Sequence record: DRR723986_14227 | DNA length: 46,199 nt | Strand: one strand, 5' to 3' | Part shown: positions 26,629-34,861 of the stretch, one piece after another | Layout: each line of letters begins with the position of its first letter | How positions within the stretch are numbered: the first letter of the stretch is position 1 | Position numbers and translations under genes: made by a program | The notes under the pieces: model-generated | What the model saw: only the letters and a program-made list of their open reading frames with translations | The model's database searches: none | What the model was told of the DNA's origin: nothing

Positions 26629-27819
26629 ATGACCGCTATCTATCTGGACAACAACGCCACGACAGCAATCGATCCATTTGTGGCTCGCCGAATAACGGAT
26701 TTGTATTCTGACTGTCCGGCAAACCCGGCCAGCCAACATGTACCTGGCAGACGGGCCCTTCGCCTGCTCGAGGATGCCAAGCAAGAACTGCTTGAGTTGC
26801 TCGACGCACCACGGTCTGGCATGCACACCGCCAACGTCATCTTAACAAGCGGTGGCACCGAATCGAACAACCTCGCTATTCTGGGGCGAGCCGCTGAACG
26901 ACCTGGCAAGATTCTGTTCGCCGCCACTGAACACCCAAGTGTTCCAGAACCTGCCCTTCGAGCCGAGCAGACCATTGCTGGCTGCACCGCTTGCTCTCTG
27001 CCCGTTCTCGAAAATGGGTTACTCGATTTAGACGCTCTACGTATCACACTCGACGAACACGCCTCGGATGTAACACTGGTCAGTGTCATGCTGGGCAATA
27101 ATGAAACCGGCGTCGTGCAGAATCTTGCCGATATCTGTAGCCTTTGTAAACAATACGAAGTACCGGTTCACAGTGACATTGTCCAGGCGATCGGCAAGAT
27201 TCCATTCTCGATGCAAGATATTGGCCTGTCTGCCGTCTCACTGACCGCACACAAAATTCACGGTCCGGTCGGTATCGGTGCCCTTGTCGTGAATCCTGGC
27301 TTTCAAACTGGACCACTGTTTTTTGGTGGTGGTCAGCAACTGGGTGCTCGGCCTGGAACCGAACCGGTCGTGCCAGCAGTAGCACTGGCAAAGAGTGTCC
27401 AACGAACGCTCGAAGCTCAGACCGATGGCACTTACGAGAGGATTTCGCAGCTACGGGACGACTTTGAAAGTCGACTGGCTGCGGAACTCCAGTGCACGAT
27501 CATTGCCAAGGAAGCATCGAGACTACCGCATACGTCCAACATCGCATTCCACAACAAGGACCGCCAGGCCTTGCAGATGGCCCTAGATTTGGCCGGCGTA
27601 GCTTGCAGCACTGGATCGGCCTGCTCTAGCGGTAGCAGCCGACCATCCCCAGTGCTTACGGCCATGAATATCGACGATGAGATTGCAATCGGTTCCCTTC
27701 GATTCAGCTTTAGTAAATATACTACGAGAGAGGAAATCGACGCCGCGGCTGACTTGGTCATCAAGACGATTCGTTCGGTTCCCGATCGGTCGACAACAAA
27801 CACGTGGGCTGGCCGCTGA
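26629..27819 (+). CDS. Cysteine desulfurase (NifS/IscS class)
   Basis: YLDNNATT, TSGGTESNN, NNETG, PLP-lysine AHKIHGP and catalytic STGSACSSG. Confidence 0.93.
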   Translation: MTAIYLDNNATTAIDPFVARRITDLYSDCPANPASQHVPGRRALRLLEDAKQELLELLDAPRSGMHTANVILTSGGTESNNLAILGRAAERPGKILFAATEHPSVPEPALRAEQTIAGCTACSLPVLENGLLDLDALRITLDEHASDVTLVSVMLGNNETGVVQNLADICSLCKQYEVPVHSDIVQAIGKIPFSMQDIGLSAVSLTAHKIHGPVGIGALVVNPGFQTGPLFFGGGQQLGARPGTEPVVPAVALAKSVQRTLEAQTDGTYERISQLRDDFESRLAAELQCTIIAKEASRLPHTSNIAFHNKDRQALQMALDLAGVACSTGSACSSGSSRPSPVLTAMNIDDEIAIGSLRFSFSKYTTREEIDAAADLVIKTIRSVPDRSTTNTWAGR

Positions 27820-27928
27820 TTTGATTCATCCTGTTCGGCAGCTCGGTTTTTCCCGCTGCTAGCGGTCTCAGACCGGACTCGCCGCCAGAGAGCGACGATT
27901 GCCCCTTTATTGGCAAGTAGCTATCGAA

Positions 27929-29011
27929 ATGCGAAAAAGCTCGATCACTACAATTGCCCTTCAGCGCCCGGCTAGTCTGCGAAAGCTTCTTCCCAAAACG
28001 GCTGACAAGCTCAGCCTGCTACCGGATTATCACGTCGGTGAAGAGAACGCCGCAATCGAATACCTTTTCCAAGAGGCTACGCTGAAGCGTCTTCACGAGA
28101 TTTCTCCAATCGTGCTGTACGGCGAACAAGATGTCGGGAAGTCAAATCTAGCCATTACGTTGGCATCGCGATGGTCGCGACTTCATTCTGCAAGGCCGAT
28201 TTGCTTAACAACCGGACAGCAATATTCGAGTCAATTTACGTCGGCACTGGAAATCGATGATGTCGAATCGTTCCGTCGAAAGCATCGCCAGTGCAAGCTG
28301 TTGCTCATCGATGAACTTGAAACCTTAGCATCAGCCAAGGCCACTCAGACGGAACTTTCTGCTAACCTGGATGTATTGGCCGAAAGCGGCAAACCGGTCA
28401 TTATTACGTCAAAGCAACTACCTGCATCGCTAACTGGCCTACAATCTCGACTCGCGAGCCGTTTGGGTGGAGGTACTTCATTGCTGGTTAGTCGCCCCTC
28501 TATCGAAACCGCCATCTCTATGGCACTAGCGCTGCGGAATACGATCGCCCCGAATTGCTCTGAAGGTGAAATCCGAGAACTTGTGCAGTGCTTTCCGGCT
28601 TCTGAACTCTCGGCAGCATTTACGCGCGTCATCGTTACATCAGCGGCCGCAAGCGTCTCCAGTGATGGAAAATTGGATATCAAACGAGCGACCGCGCTGG
28701 CGAAAGGCAGTTTGGAAGCGGACGCTTTAAGTATCAAGGACATCGCCAAGCTCGTTTCTCGGCGAATGAACATTCGTCTAACTGACTTAAGAAGCTCCAC
28801 CCGCCAGGCGAGCGTCGTCCGCGCCCGCGGTGTGGTTACTCTGCTGGTCCGCGATCTGACCGGTCACAGCCTGCAGGAAATCGGAGAGTACTTGGGTGGC
28901 CGAGACCACTCAACCGTCCTCCACTCTTACAATAAAACCCGCAAGTTACTCAATAGCGACGCTGAAATCTCCGCTCTACACACTCAATTGCTCAGCGAGC
29001 TAAGCGGCTAG
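27929..29011 (+). CDS. DnaA-family protein lacking domains I/II (AAA+ plus DnaA C-terminal HTH)
   Basis: VGEEN, PIVLYGEQDVGKSNL (Walker A), LLLIDEL (Walker B variant), RLASRLGGG and DnaA signature SLQEIGEYLGGRDHSTVLHS. It lies upstream of dnaN. Confidence 0.85.
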   Translation: MRKSSITTIALQRPASLRKLLPKTADKLSLLPDYHVGEENAAIEYLFQEATLKRLHEISPIVLYGEQDVGKSNLAITLASRWSRLHSARPICLTTGQQYSSQFTSALEIDDVESFRRKHRQCKLLLIDELETLASAKATQTELSANLDVLAESGKPVIITSKQLPASLTGLQSRLASRLGGGTSLLVSRPSIETAISMALALRNTIAPNCSEGEIRELVQCFPASELSAAFTRVIVTSAAASVSSDGKLDIKRATALAKGSLEADALSIKDIAKLVSRRMNIRLTDLRSSTRQASVVRARGVVTLLVRDLTGHSLQEIGEYLGGRDHSTVLHSYNKTRKLLNSDAEISALHTQLLSELSG

Positions 29012-29086
29012 CGTAAGTGTAAGACAGTGGTAACGTAGGGTAGCACCTGAATCTCCTCGGTGGCCTTGTGAGAGACATTGTCGACC

Positions 29087-29182
29087 AGACAAGTAGGGTG
29101 GGTGCTAACCCACCAAGAACCAAATCCCGCAACACACCGACCATTCGAAGATTGATGCAGGCAAGCTGCCTGCACTACGGAC
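29087..29182. repeat. Composite REP-like unit, copy 1
   Basis: GTAG-GGTGGGT-GCTA-ACCCACC (29093-29114) faces an inverted GTAG-TGCAGGCAGCTTGCCTGCA (29156-29178, minus strand). Confidence 0.8.
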
Positions 29183-29325
29183 GATATAATTTACAGTGGC
29201 CTGGCCACCTGGATTTCTCTGTGCCTTTGTGCCTCTGTGAGAAACATTTAGGATTCGGGGAAATTCGCGAGTGTCTTGGTTGCCTCTACCGACCTGCATC
29301 CCAGCAAAAAGACAAGTAGACAACA

Positions 29326-29420
29326 AGACAAGTAGGGTGGGTGCTAACCAACCAAGAACCAAATCCCGCGTTCGCGGACCGTTCGAGCATGAATGCAGGC
29401 TGGCTGCCTGCACTACGGAC
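29326..29420. repeat. Composite REP-like unit, copy 2
   Basis: 29326-29369 matches 29087-29130 except for one base. The second REP is at 29394-29416. Confidence 0.8.
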
Positions 29421-29499
29421 AGACGCTTCCGAGTTGCCGCGCTGCGCTTCGTTTGGCTCGTCGCATTTTCCGCAGGTGACAGATCCGGAGTGATTCTCG

Positions 29500-29830
29500 G
29501 CTCTATTTGTGGCAACTATGTAGGCTGAATTGGCCGCTCTTCGCGGTGGAAAAGATGTCCACTACGGGTGCATTTATGTTTATCGTTGGATTGTTCTTTT
29601 GGCCTTCCTGGAAGCCATGTCAGTAGATCTGCCTTTTCACACCGCTGCTGAACATCCATCGACACCTCGCCGGACACGTTTCCCACTGTCAAAAACCGGT
29701 CAACCAGCGGAGATAAGTTACTTGCAGTAAAGGACTTACGGCACCGTGACGCCGCGTGGAAAACTCGATATGTGTCCCCATTACGAATACTAATGTTTAT
29801 AAAACTATAGAGAGGAAGAATGGGAAGATC
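29500..29830. other. Candidate replication origin (oriC) region
   Basis: Non-coding spacer between the dnaA-like gene and dnaN. It has 8/9 DnaA-box matches at 29545-29553 (-), 29633-29641 (+) and 29755-29763 (-), a 7/9 match at 29679-29687 and an AT-rich tract at 29781-29810. Confidence 0.4.
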
Positions 29831-29977
29831 ATTTGCCGGAACGTTCGTGAGCAACCGGCCAATCTTTGTTGTGTTGGGCTGGTTTTGTTGATGGCAAAAC
29901 AAAGGTACAACAATCGTTTCTGCCCTACCTCGAGAGTTTAGGGGCTGGCCCGTCCAACATCGTTCGCTGGGAAAACC

Positions 29978-31093
29978 ATGAAAGTCAAATGCAATCGAGA
30001 GAAGCTGGCTGATGCTTTCCAGTTGGCAGGTAGCGTGGCACAAACCCGTAGCCCAAAGGAAATCCTGCAGAACGTTAAGATCGAAGCTGAAGAGGGCAAG
30101 GTTACCTTGATGGCTACCGACATGGAGTCGGGGATCCGAATCGAGCTCGATGGAGTCGACATCCAGACCGCTGGAAAGGCACTTTTGCATGTAGGTCGCG
30201 TTGGAATGATCCTTCGCGAATCTACTGATGAAGAGATTAGCATCGAGAGTGACGAATCAGCCACCGTCATACGCGGGCAGAACTCGGAATTCAACTTGCC
30301 AAGTGCCAATCCAGATGAGTTCCCGACGGTAGCTTCCTTCGAGGAGGAAACGTATCACGAGTTGCCAGCTCGATTGTTCAAGGTGATGGTGCGGCGTACA
30401 TCGTTTGCAACCGACCCCGACAGCTCGCGTTTTGCACTTGGTGGTGTCCTGCTTGAATTAAACGGCGAAGATGTCTTGGCGGTTGGGACAGATGGTCGCC
30501 GCTTGGCTCGAATGACCGGAACAGGCAAGAGCGTCGGAGATCATCAAACGAGCGGGAACACCACAATCATCCCTACTCGTGCTCTGACACTGATGGAACG
30601 TTCCATCGATGATAAAGAAGAGTCGGTACACATAGCGGCGCGAAACAACGACGTGCTTCTAAGAACAAGTCGCTGCACAATCTTTACTCGCTTGGTCGAG
30701 GGGCGATATCCGAATTGGCGACAGGTTATCCCTAGTCGCGAAGAGTCCGTAAAAATCAATATGATCGTTGGTCCATTCTTCGCCGTACTTCGACAGGCGG
30801 CCATCGTAGCTGACCAACAGACACGAGGATTGGATCTGGAGTTCGGTAACGGCTCTTTGGTGCTGACAGCCAAAACTGCTGACCTAGGGCAGAGTCGCGT
30901 GGAATTGCCGATCGAGTACGAGGGTGAATCGATCAAGATGAAGCTCGACTATCGCTACGTGAGTGATTTCTTGAAAGTGCTCGACTCCGATGGAAGTTTT
31001 GTTCTTGATGTAGCTTCTTCCACTCAACCAGCTCTGATGACGACAGAAGATGGTTATGCCTATGTGGTCATGCCAATGGCCTTGGACGCTTAG
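29978..31093 (+). CDS. dnaN: DNA polymerase III subunit beta (sliding clamp)
   Basis: MATDME, ANPDEFP, RFALGGV, GTDGRRLA, RLVEGRYPNWRQVIP and C-terminal YVVMPM. 371 aa. Confidence 0.97.
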   Translation: MKVKCNREKLADAFQLAGSVAQTRSPKEILQNVKIEAEEGKVTLMATDMESGIRIELDGVDIQTAGKALLHVGRVGMILRESTDEEISIESDESATVIRGQNSEFNLPSANPDEFPTVASFEEETYHELPARLFKVMVRRTSFATDPDSSRFALGGVLLELNGEDVLAVGTDGRRLARMTGTGKSVGDHQTSGNTTIIPTRALTLMERSIDDKEESVHIAARNNDVLLRTSRCTIFTRLVEGRYPNWRQVIPSREESVKINMIVGPFFAVLRQAAIVADQQTRGLDLEFGNGSLVLTAKTADLGQSRVELPIEYEGESIKMKLDYRYVSDFLKVLDSDGSFVLDVASSTQPALMTTEDGYAYVVMPMALDA

Positions 31094-31206
31094 GCGGTTA
31101 GTACAATAGCCCCCAGCACCGGCTGACTTAAGACACTCGTATCTTCTGGCGGTGCGATGGTGGCATTGATCATTCTTGAATTGTTCACAAGCGGTGGAGT
31201 TTCCGA

Positions 31207-32175
31207 GTGAGTGGACCTATCTCTCAATTCATGGAAGCCAACTACAGGCACTTCAACGCTCGAGAGACGTTGGCGGCTTCAAAGGCGTACAAGGAATTCG
31301 TAGGTTCCGGTGGCAAGATGCTCGTTTCGCTTGCTGGCGCGATGAGTACCGCCGAGCTGGGTGTTACTCTGGCGGAGATGATTCGACAGGATAAAGTGCA
31401 TGCAATCAGTTGCACTGGAGCAAACCTGGAAGAAGATATCTTCAACTTGTTCGCACACGATGAATACAAGGTCGTAGAGGATTGGCGAGCCCTTAGCGCC
31501 GATGATGAAGTTCGGCTCCAACAAGAGGGCTTCAATCGTGTGACAGATACTTGCATTCCCGAAACGGTCATGCGTCATACGGAACATCGACTGACGCAGT
31601 ACTGGTCCGAAGCGGCGACGAACGGTGAAAGCTATTTCCCCTACGAGTACTTCTACAAGATCCTTGATGAAGAAGACTTGAAGCAGCACTACCAAGTCCC
31701 CATCGAGGATTCTTGGGTCTACGCGGCCAAAGAAAAGAATATCCCAATCGTATCGCCGGGCAGCGAGGACAGTACGCTGGGCAATATCTTCACGGCGCGA
31801 GTCATGGATGGCACCGTATCCAATCACCAAGCCCTACGCAGTGGAACCGAACAACTGGAACTGATCGCGAACTGGTATCGCGAAGAGTCCAAGAAAAGCC
31901 CCATCGGGTTCTTTCAAATTGGCGGTGGCATCGCGGGCGACTTTGCAATTTGCGCAGTGCCGATGCTGATCCAGGACTTGCAGGAAGAGATACCGCTTTG
32001 GTCCTACTTCGCACAAATTAGCGATGCAGTCACTAGTTACGGTGGCTATTCAGGTGCGGTCCCCAATGAGAAGATCACCTGGACCAAGCTCGAGAAGAGC
32101 GGTCCAAAGTTCATGATTCAGAGCGACGCGACGATCGTAGCGCCACTGATATTCTCGTATGTTCTCGGACGGTAG
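31207..32175 (+). CDS. Deoxyhypusine synthase-like protein (probable homospermidine synthesis)
   Basis: AGAMSTAELG, CTGANLEED, NRVTD, IGGGIAGDF, SYGGYSGAVPNEKITWTK and SDATIVAPL. Confidence 0.9.
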   Translation: MSGPISQFMEANYRHFNARETLAASKAYKEFVGSGGKMLVSLAGAMSTAELGVTLAEMIRQDKVHAISCTGANLEEDIFNLFAHDEYKVVEDWRALSADDEVRLQQEGFNRVTDTCIPETVMRHTEHRLTQYWSEAATNGESYFPYEYFYKILDEEDLKQHYQVPIEDSWVYAAKEKNIPIVSPGSEDSTLGNIFTARVMDGTVSNHQALRSGTEQLELIANWYREESKKSPIGFFQIGGGIAGDFAICAVPMLIQDLQEEIPLWSYFAQISDAVTSYGGYSGAVPNEKITWTKLEKSGPKFMIQSDATIVAPLIFSYVLGR

Positions 32176-32183
32176 CTGGCTGA

Positions 32184-33737
32184 CTACAGGCCAAGAGACA
32201 TGACGGCGTGGACCATCTGCTCCATCGGTGATTCGATTGGAATAATGCTGTTCGCATCGTCGGGGATCGCGGACAATTCAGAATGGCGATCGCGGATCCA
32301 CTGATGGAAGCAATCGACAATGTCAGCGTCCCATTGGATCCCCTTGCCCGACAGGATGATTTGTGATGCCTTTTGCAGTGGCATGGCATTTCGATAGGGC
32401 CGAGAACTTGTCATTGCGTCAAACGCATCGGCTACCGAAATAACACGCGCCATCAGTGGTATTGCGTCACCGGCCAGGTGATGAGGATACCCCTTCCCAT
32501 CCCAACGCTCGTGGTGGTGCAACACGCCAGGAAGTACAAAGGGCATGTGCCCCAGACGTTCGACGATCCTGTAGCCGATTTCAGGGTGCTTCTGGATCGT
32601 CCGAAACTCGTCATCCGTCAGGGAACCGTTCTTCAAGAGCACAGCATCGGGGATTCCGATTTTACCGATATCATGCAAGATGCCGGCCAGGTAGATCTCT
32701 TGGCAGGCTTCGTCGCTCAGACGCATGATCTTGGCAAGATCGAACGATAGCCGAGCGACTCGCTCACTGTGACCTTGAGTATACGGATCCCGCGCATCGA
32801 TCGAGCTACTCATCGCATGGAGCGATCCCAGAAATAGCTGGTTGGATTGGGTCAGTAGGTGGATATTGTGAGTTTGTGTAGCCAGCAACACTCCGGCTTC
32901 TTCGAGCAACCCCACTTCCCCGCTCCCAAATTCAGGGTCATATACGGGCAAGCCATCGGAGTGAGTTTCTGTTGAACGATTGATTCCAACAATGTATCCG
33001 ACCGAATTGTTCGCTCCTTGGATATTCACCGCAACCAAGGAGTGGATGGTCCCATCGCTGGTTGAAATACTGACGTTGTTTCGAACAAGCGGTGGTGATT
33101 CGTTGTTGAAGCCCAGATCGGACAATAGACTTTCGATAGCTCGTATAGAGAACTCGGAATCACCGAACTGTTCACTCTGCAGACCCGACCGTTCCGTTTC
33201 CCGCACATTGACGATCAAGAATACCGATTCGGCTCTGAGCAGGTATCCAAGGGGCTGCAGAATTACGGACGCGACATCGTTAGCCGATGTGTTCTGCGTC
33301 AGGCGAACTGCCCGCTGCGCGAATCCTCTGAGCCAGTTTTGCTCTTCGAAACTCTGCGCTAGCTGCATAGCGGACTCTTCCATGGCTGCTTTGTAGGACA
33401 GCACTTCGTTATGGAGAGAGAATCCGTCTAAGAGGTTGTCGATTAGCTGGCGAGCGAGCTCCAGTGAGCCTGGCAATACCGCGACTAGAGCCTGCTTCGA
33501 TCCCGGGACCTTGCCAGCAACTAGAAAGTCACCTTGTTCACCAATGGGTCTACCGACGGCAGAATCGGTATTAATGGACTGTGCGATAAAATTGGGTTCA
33601 TCGCCTTGACATGAAAAACCGAGCTCCTGCAGGTGTTCGGCGCATAGCGTCAGGTTTTCCGGTTCATCGATGATGCACCACTTCGCATCCAGGCGACTCT
33701 CGGCGAATTCTCTGAATCTAACGTCGATTTTGCTCAC
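32184..33737 (-). CDS. HD-GYP domain cyclic-dinucleotide phosphodiesterase with GAF-like N-terminal region
   Basis: DARDPYTQGHSERVA, LHDIGKIGIPDAVLLK, HHHERWDGKGYP and VADAFDAMTSSRPYR. The metal ligands are intact. Confidence 0.92.
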   Translation of the reverse strand: MSKIDVRFREFAESRLDAKWCIIDEPENLTLCAEHLQELGFSCQGDEPNFIAQSINTDSAVGRPIGEQGDFLVAGKVPGSKQALVAVLPGSLELARQLIDNLLDGFSLHNEVLSYKAAMEESAMQLAQSFEEQNWLRGFAQRAVRLTQNTSANDVASVILQPLGYLLRAESVFLIVNVRETERSGLQSEQFGDSEFSIRAIESLLSDLGFNNESPPLVRNNVSISTSDGTIHSLVAVNIQGANNSVGYIVGINRSTETHSDGLPVYDPEFGSGEVGLLEEAGVLLATQTHNIHLLTQSNQLFLGSLHAMSSSIDARDPYTQGHSERVARLSFDLAKIMRLSDEACQEIYLAGILHDIGKIGIPDAVLLKNGSLTDDEFRTIQKHPEIGYRIVERLGHMPFVLPGVLHHHERWDGKGYPHHLAGDAIPLMARVISVADAFDAMTSSRPYRNAMPLQKASQIILSGKGIQWDADIVDCFHQWIRDRHSELSAIPDDANSIIPIESPMEQMVHAVMSLGL

Positions 33738-33977
33738 CGTGGTTCACTCCCAACCAGTCTTCCGCCAGTCCCCTGGAGTACTATCGGCGTTACCCATCAT
33801 TCGGGTGCCCGCATAGTACATAGAAAACCATTCAGCAAAAAAGTTAAGGACTTTAATTGCCAGTCTTGTAGGGTGGGCTAGGTTTGCGGGTCGACCCATA
33901 TTGGATGGGACCGGTAAAGAAAGCTGGTTTAATCGAACGTGCAAGTTTTAGTGTGTTCGCCCGAGGAGATAGAGTAC

Positions 33978-34376
33978 GTGATTGGAAATAACAGGCGGCA
34001 GGCATTTACACTGATTGAACTGGTTGTAGTAATCATCATCATTGCAATTCTTGCCGCGATCGCAGTACCAAAATTTATTGACCGAGCGACAGAGGCCCGT
34101 GAGGCAGCAACGTTACAGTCGCTTGCAACGCTACGAAGCTCAATCGAGCTTTATCGAGCTGACACGTCGGCCTACCCCGCCAACCTGGCTACGGATCTAG
34201 CGACCTATTTGAAAGGTCAGTTCCCAGCTTCAACCGTTGGTACGGAGAGCGCTAACGTGACGACCGTCACCAGCAACCCGATTGCGGCTGGCGATGTTAC
34301 GTCCGGAGGTGGTTGGTTGTACAACGCGACCACTGGCGAGATTCGAATCAACGAGGCGGCCTACGTAGCTCGCTAG
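33978..34376 (+). CDS. Type IV pilin / GspG-like major (pseudo)pilin
   Basis: GAGGAG RBS and GTG start. Leader MIGNNRRQA|FTLIELVVVIIIIAILAAIAVPKF, then LRSSIELYRADTSAYP and GGGWLYN. Confidence 0.88.
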   Translation: MIGNNRRQAFTLIELVVVIIIIAILAAIAVPKFIDRATEAREAATLQSLATLRSSIELYRADTSAYPANLATDLATYLKGQFPASTVGTESANVTTVTSNPIAAGDVTSGGGWLYNATTGEIRINEAAYVAR

Positions 34377-34407
34377 CCCAATACGAATAGGCGTTAGGAG
34401 CAGATGT

Positions 34408-34791
34408 ATGTCCCGCATCCTTGTAGCAGAAGACAGTTTTGCACTTTCGAATCTACTACGATTCGTTTTGACCAACGCAGGACTGGAACCAGATATCCAC
34501 AATTCTGGCGATAAGGCACTCGAGGCCGGACTGGCAAACGAGTATGACCTCGTGATCCTTGATCAACAGATGCCGGGCATGACTGGGTTAGAAGTTGCGG
34601 AACAGTTGCGTGAATCGAGTCCGAATCAAGCAACTCCAATATGCTTATGCACTGCCAAGACGCACGAGCTGGACATCGAGGATGCTCATGACCGGCTCAA
34701 GGTTGCCAAGGTTTTTCACAAACCTTTCTCACCCAAAGATCTGGTCAGCCAGATAAAGGTAGTGCTCGACGAATCGTTGGCAAACAACTAA
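34408..34791 (+). CDS. Single-domain response regulator (CheY-like)
   Basis: ILVAEDS, DLVILDQQMPGMTG (phospho-Asp), CTA and KPF. No output domain. AGGAG RBS. Confidence 0.9.
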   Translation: MSRILVAEDSFALSNLLRFVLTNAGLEPDIHNSGDKALEAGLANEYDLVILDQQMPGMTGLEVAEQLRESSPNQATPICLCTAKTHELDIEDAHDRLKVAKVFHKPFSPKDLVSQIKVVLDESLANN

Positions 34792-34861
34792 CCAACTTGC
34801 CTGCGTTTTCGGGGCGATTGAGTGACAAACGATCCCCCAGCTTGATACAAGGTTGAATTGG

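Noticed and set aside
26998-27009. LPVL in the cysteine desulfurase as a third Fe-S tag
   Set aside because: It is internal and corresponds to the usual structural LPV(D) strand of NifS-type enzymes, not a free tail.
29087-29420. CRISPR array
   Set aside because: Only two units, a 239-bp period, similar rather than unique spacers and no cas genes. The GTAG-hairpin structure fits REP elements.
29068-29941. Several 60-220 aa ORFs in the dnaA-dnaN spacer (e.g. 29105-29515, 29516-30190)
   Set aside because: They run through palindromic repeats or antisense to dnaN and show no protein-like motifs.
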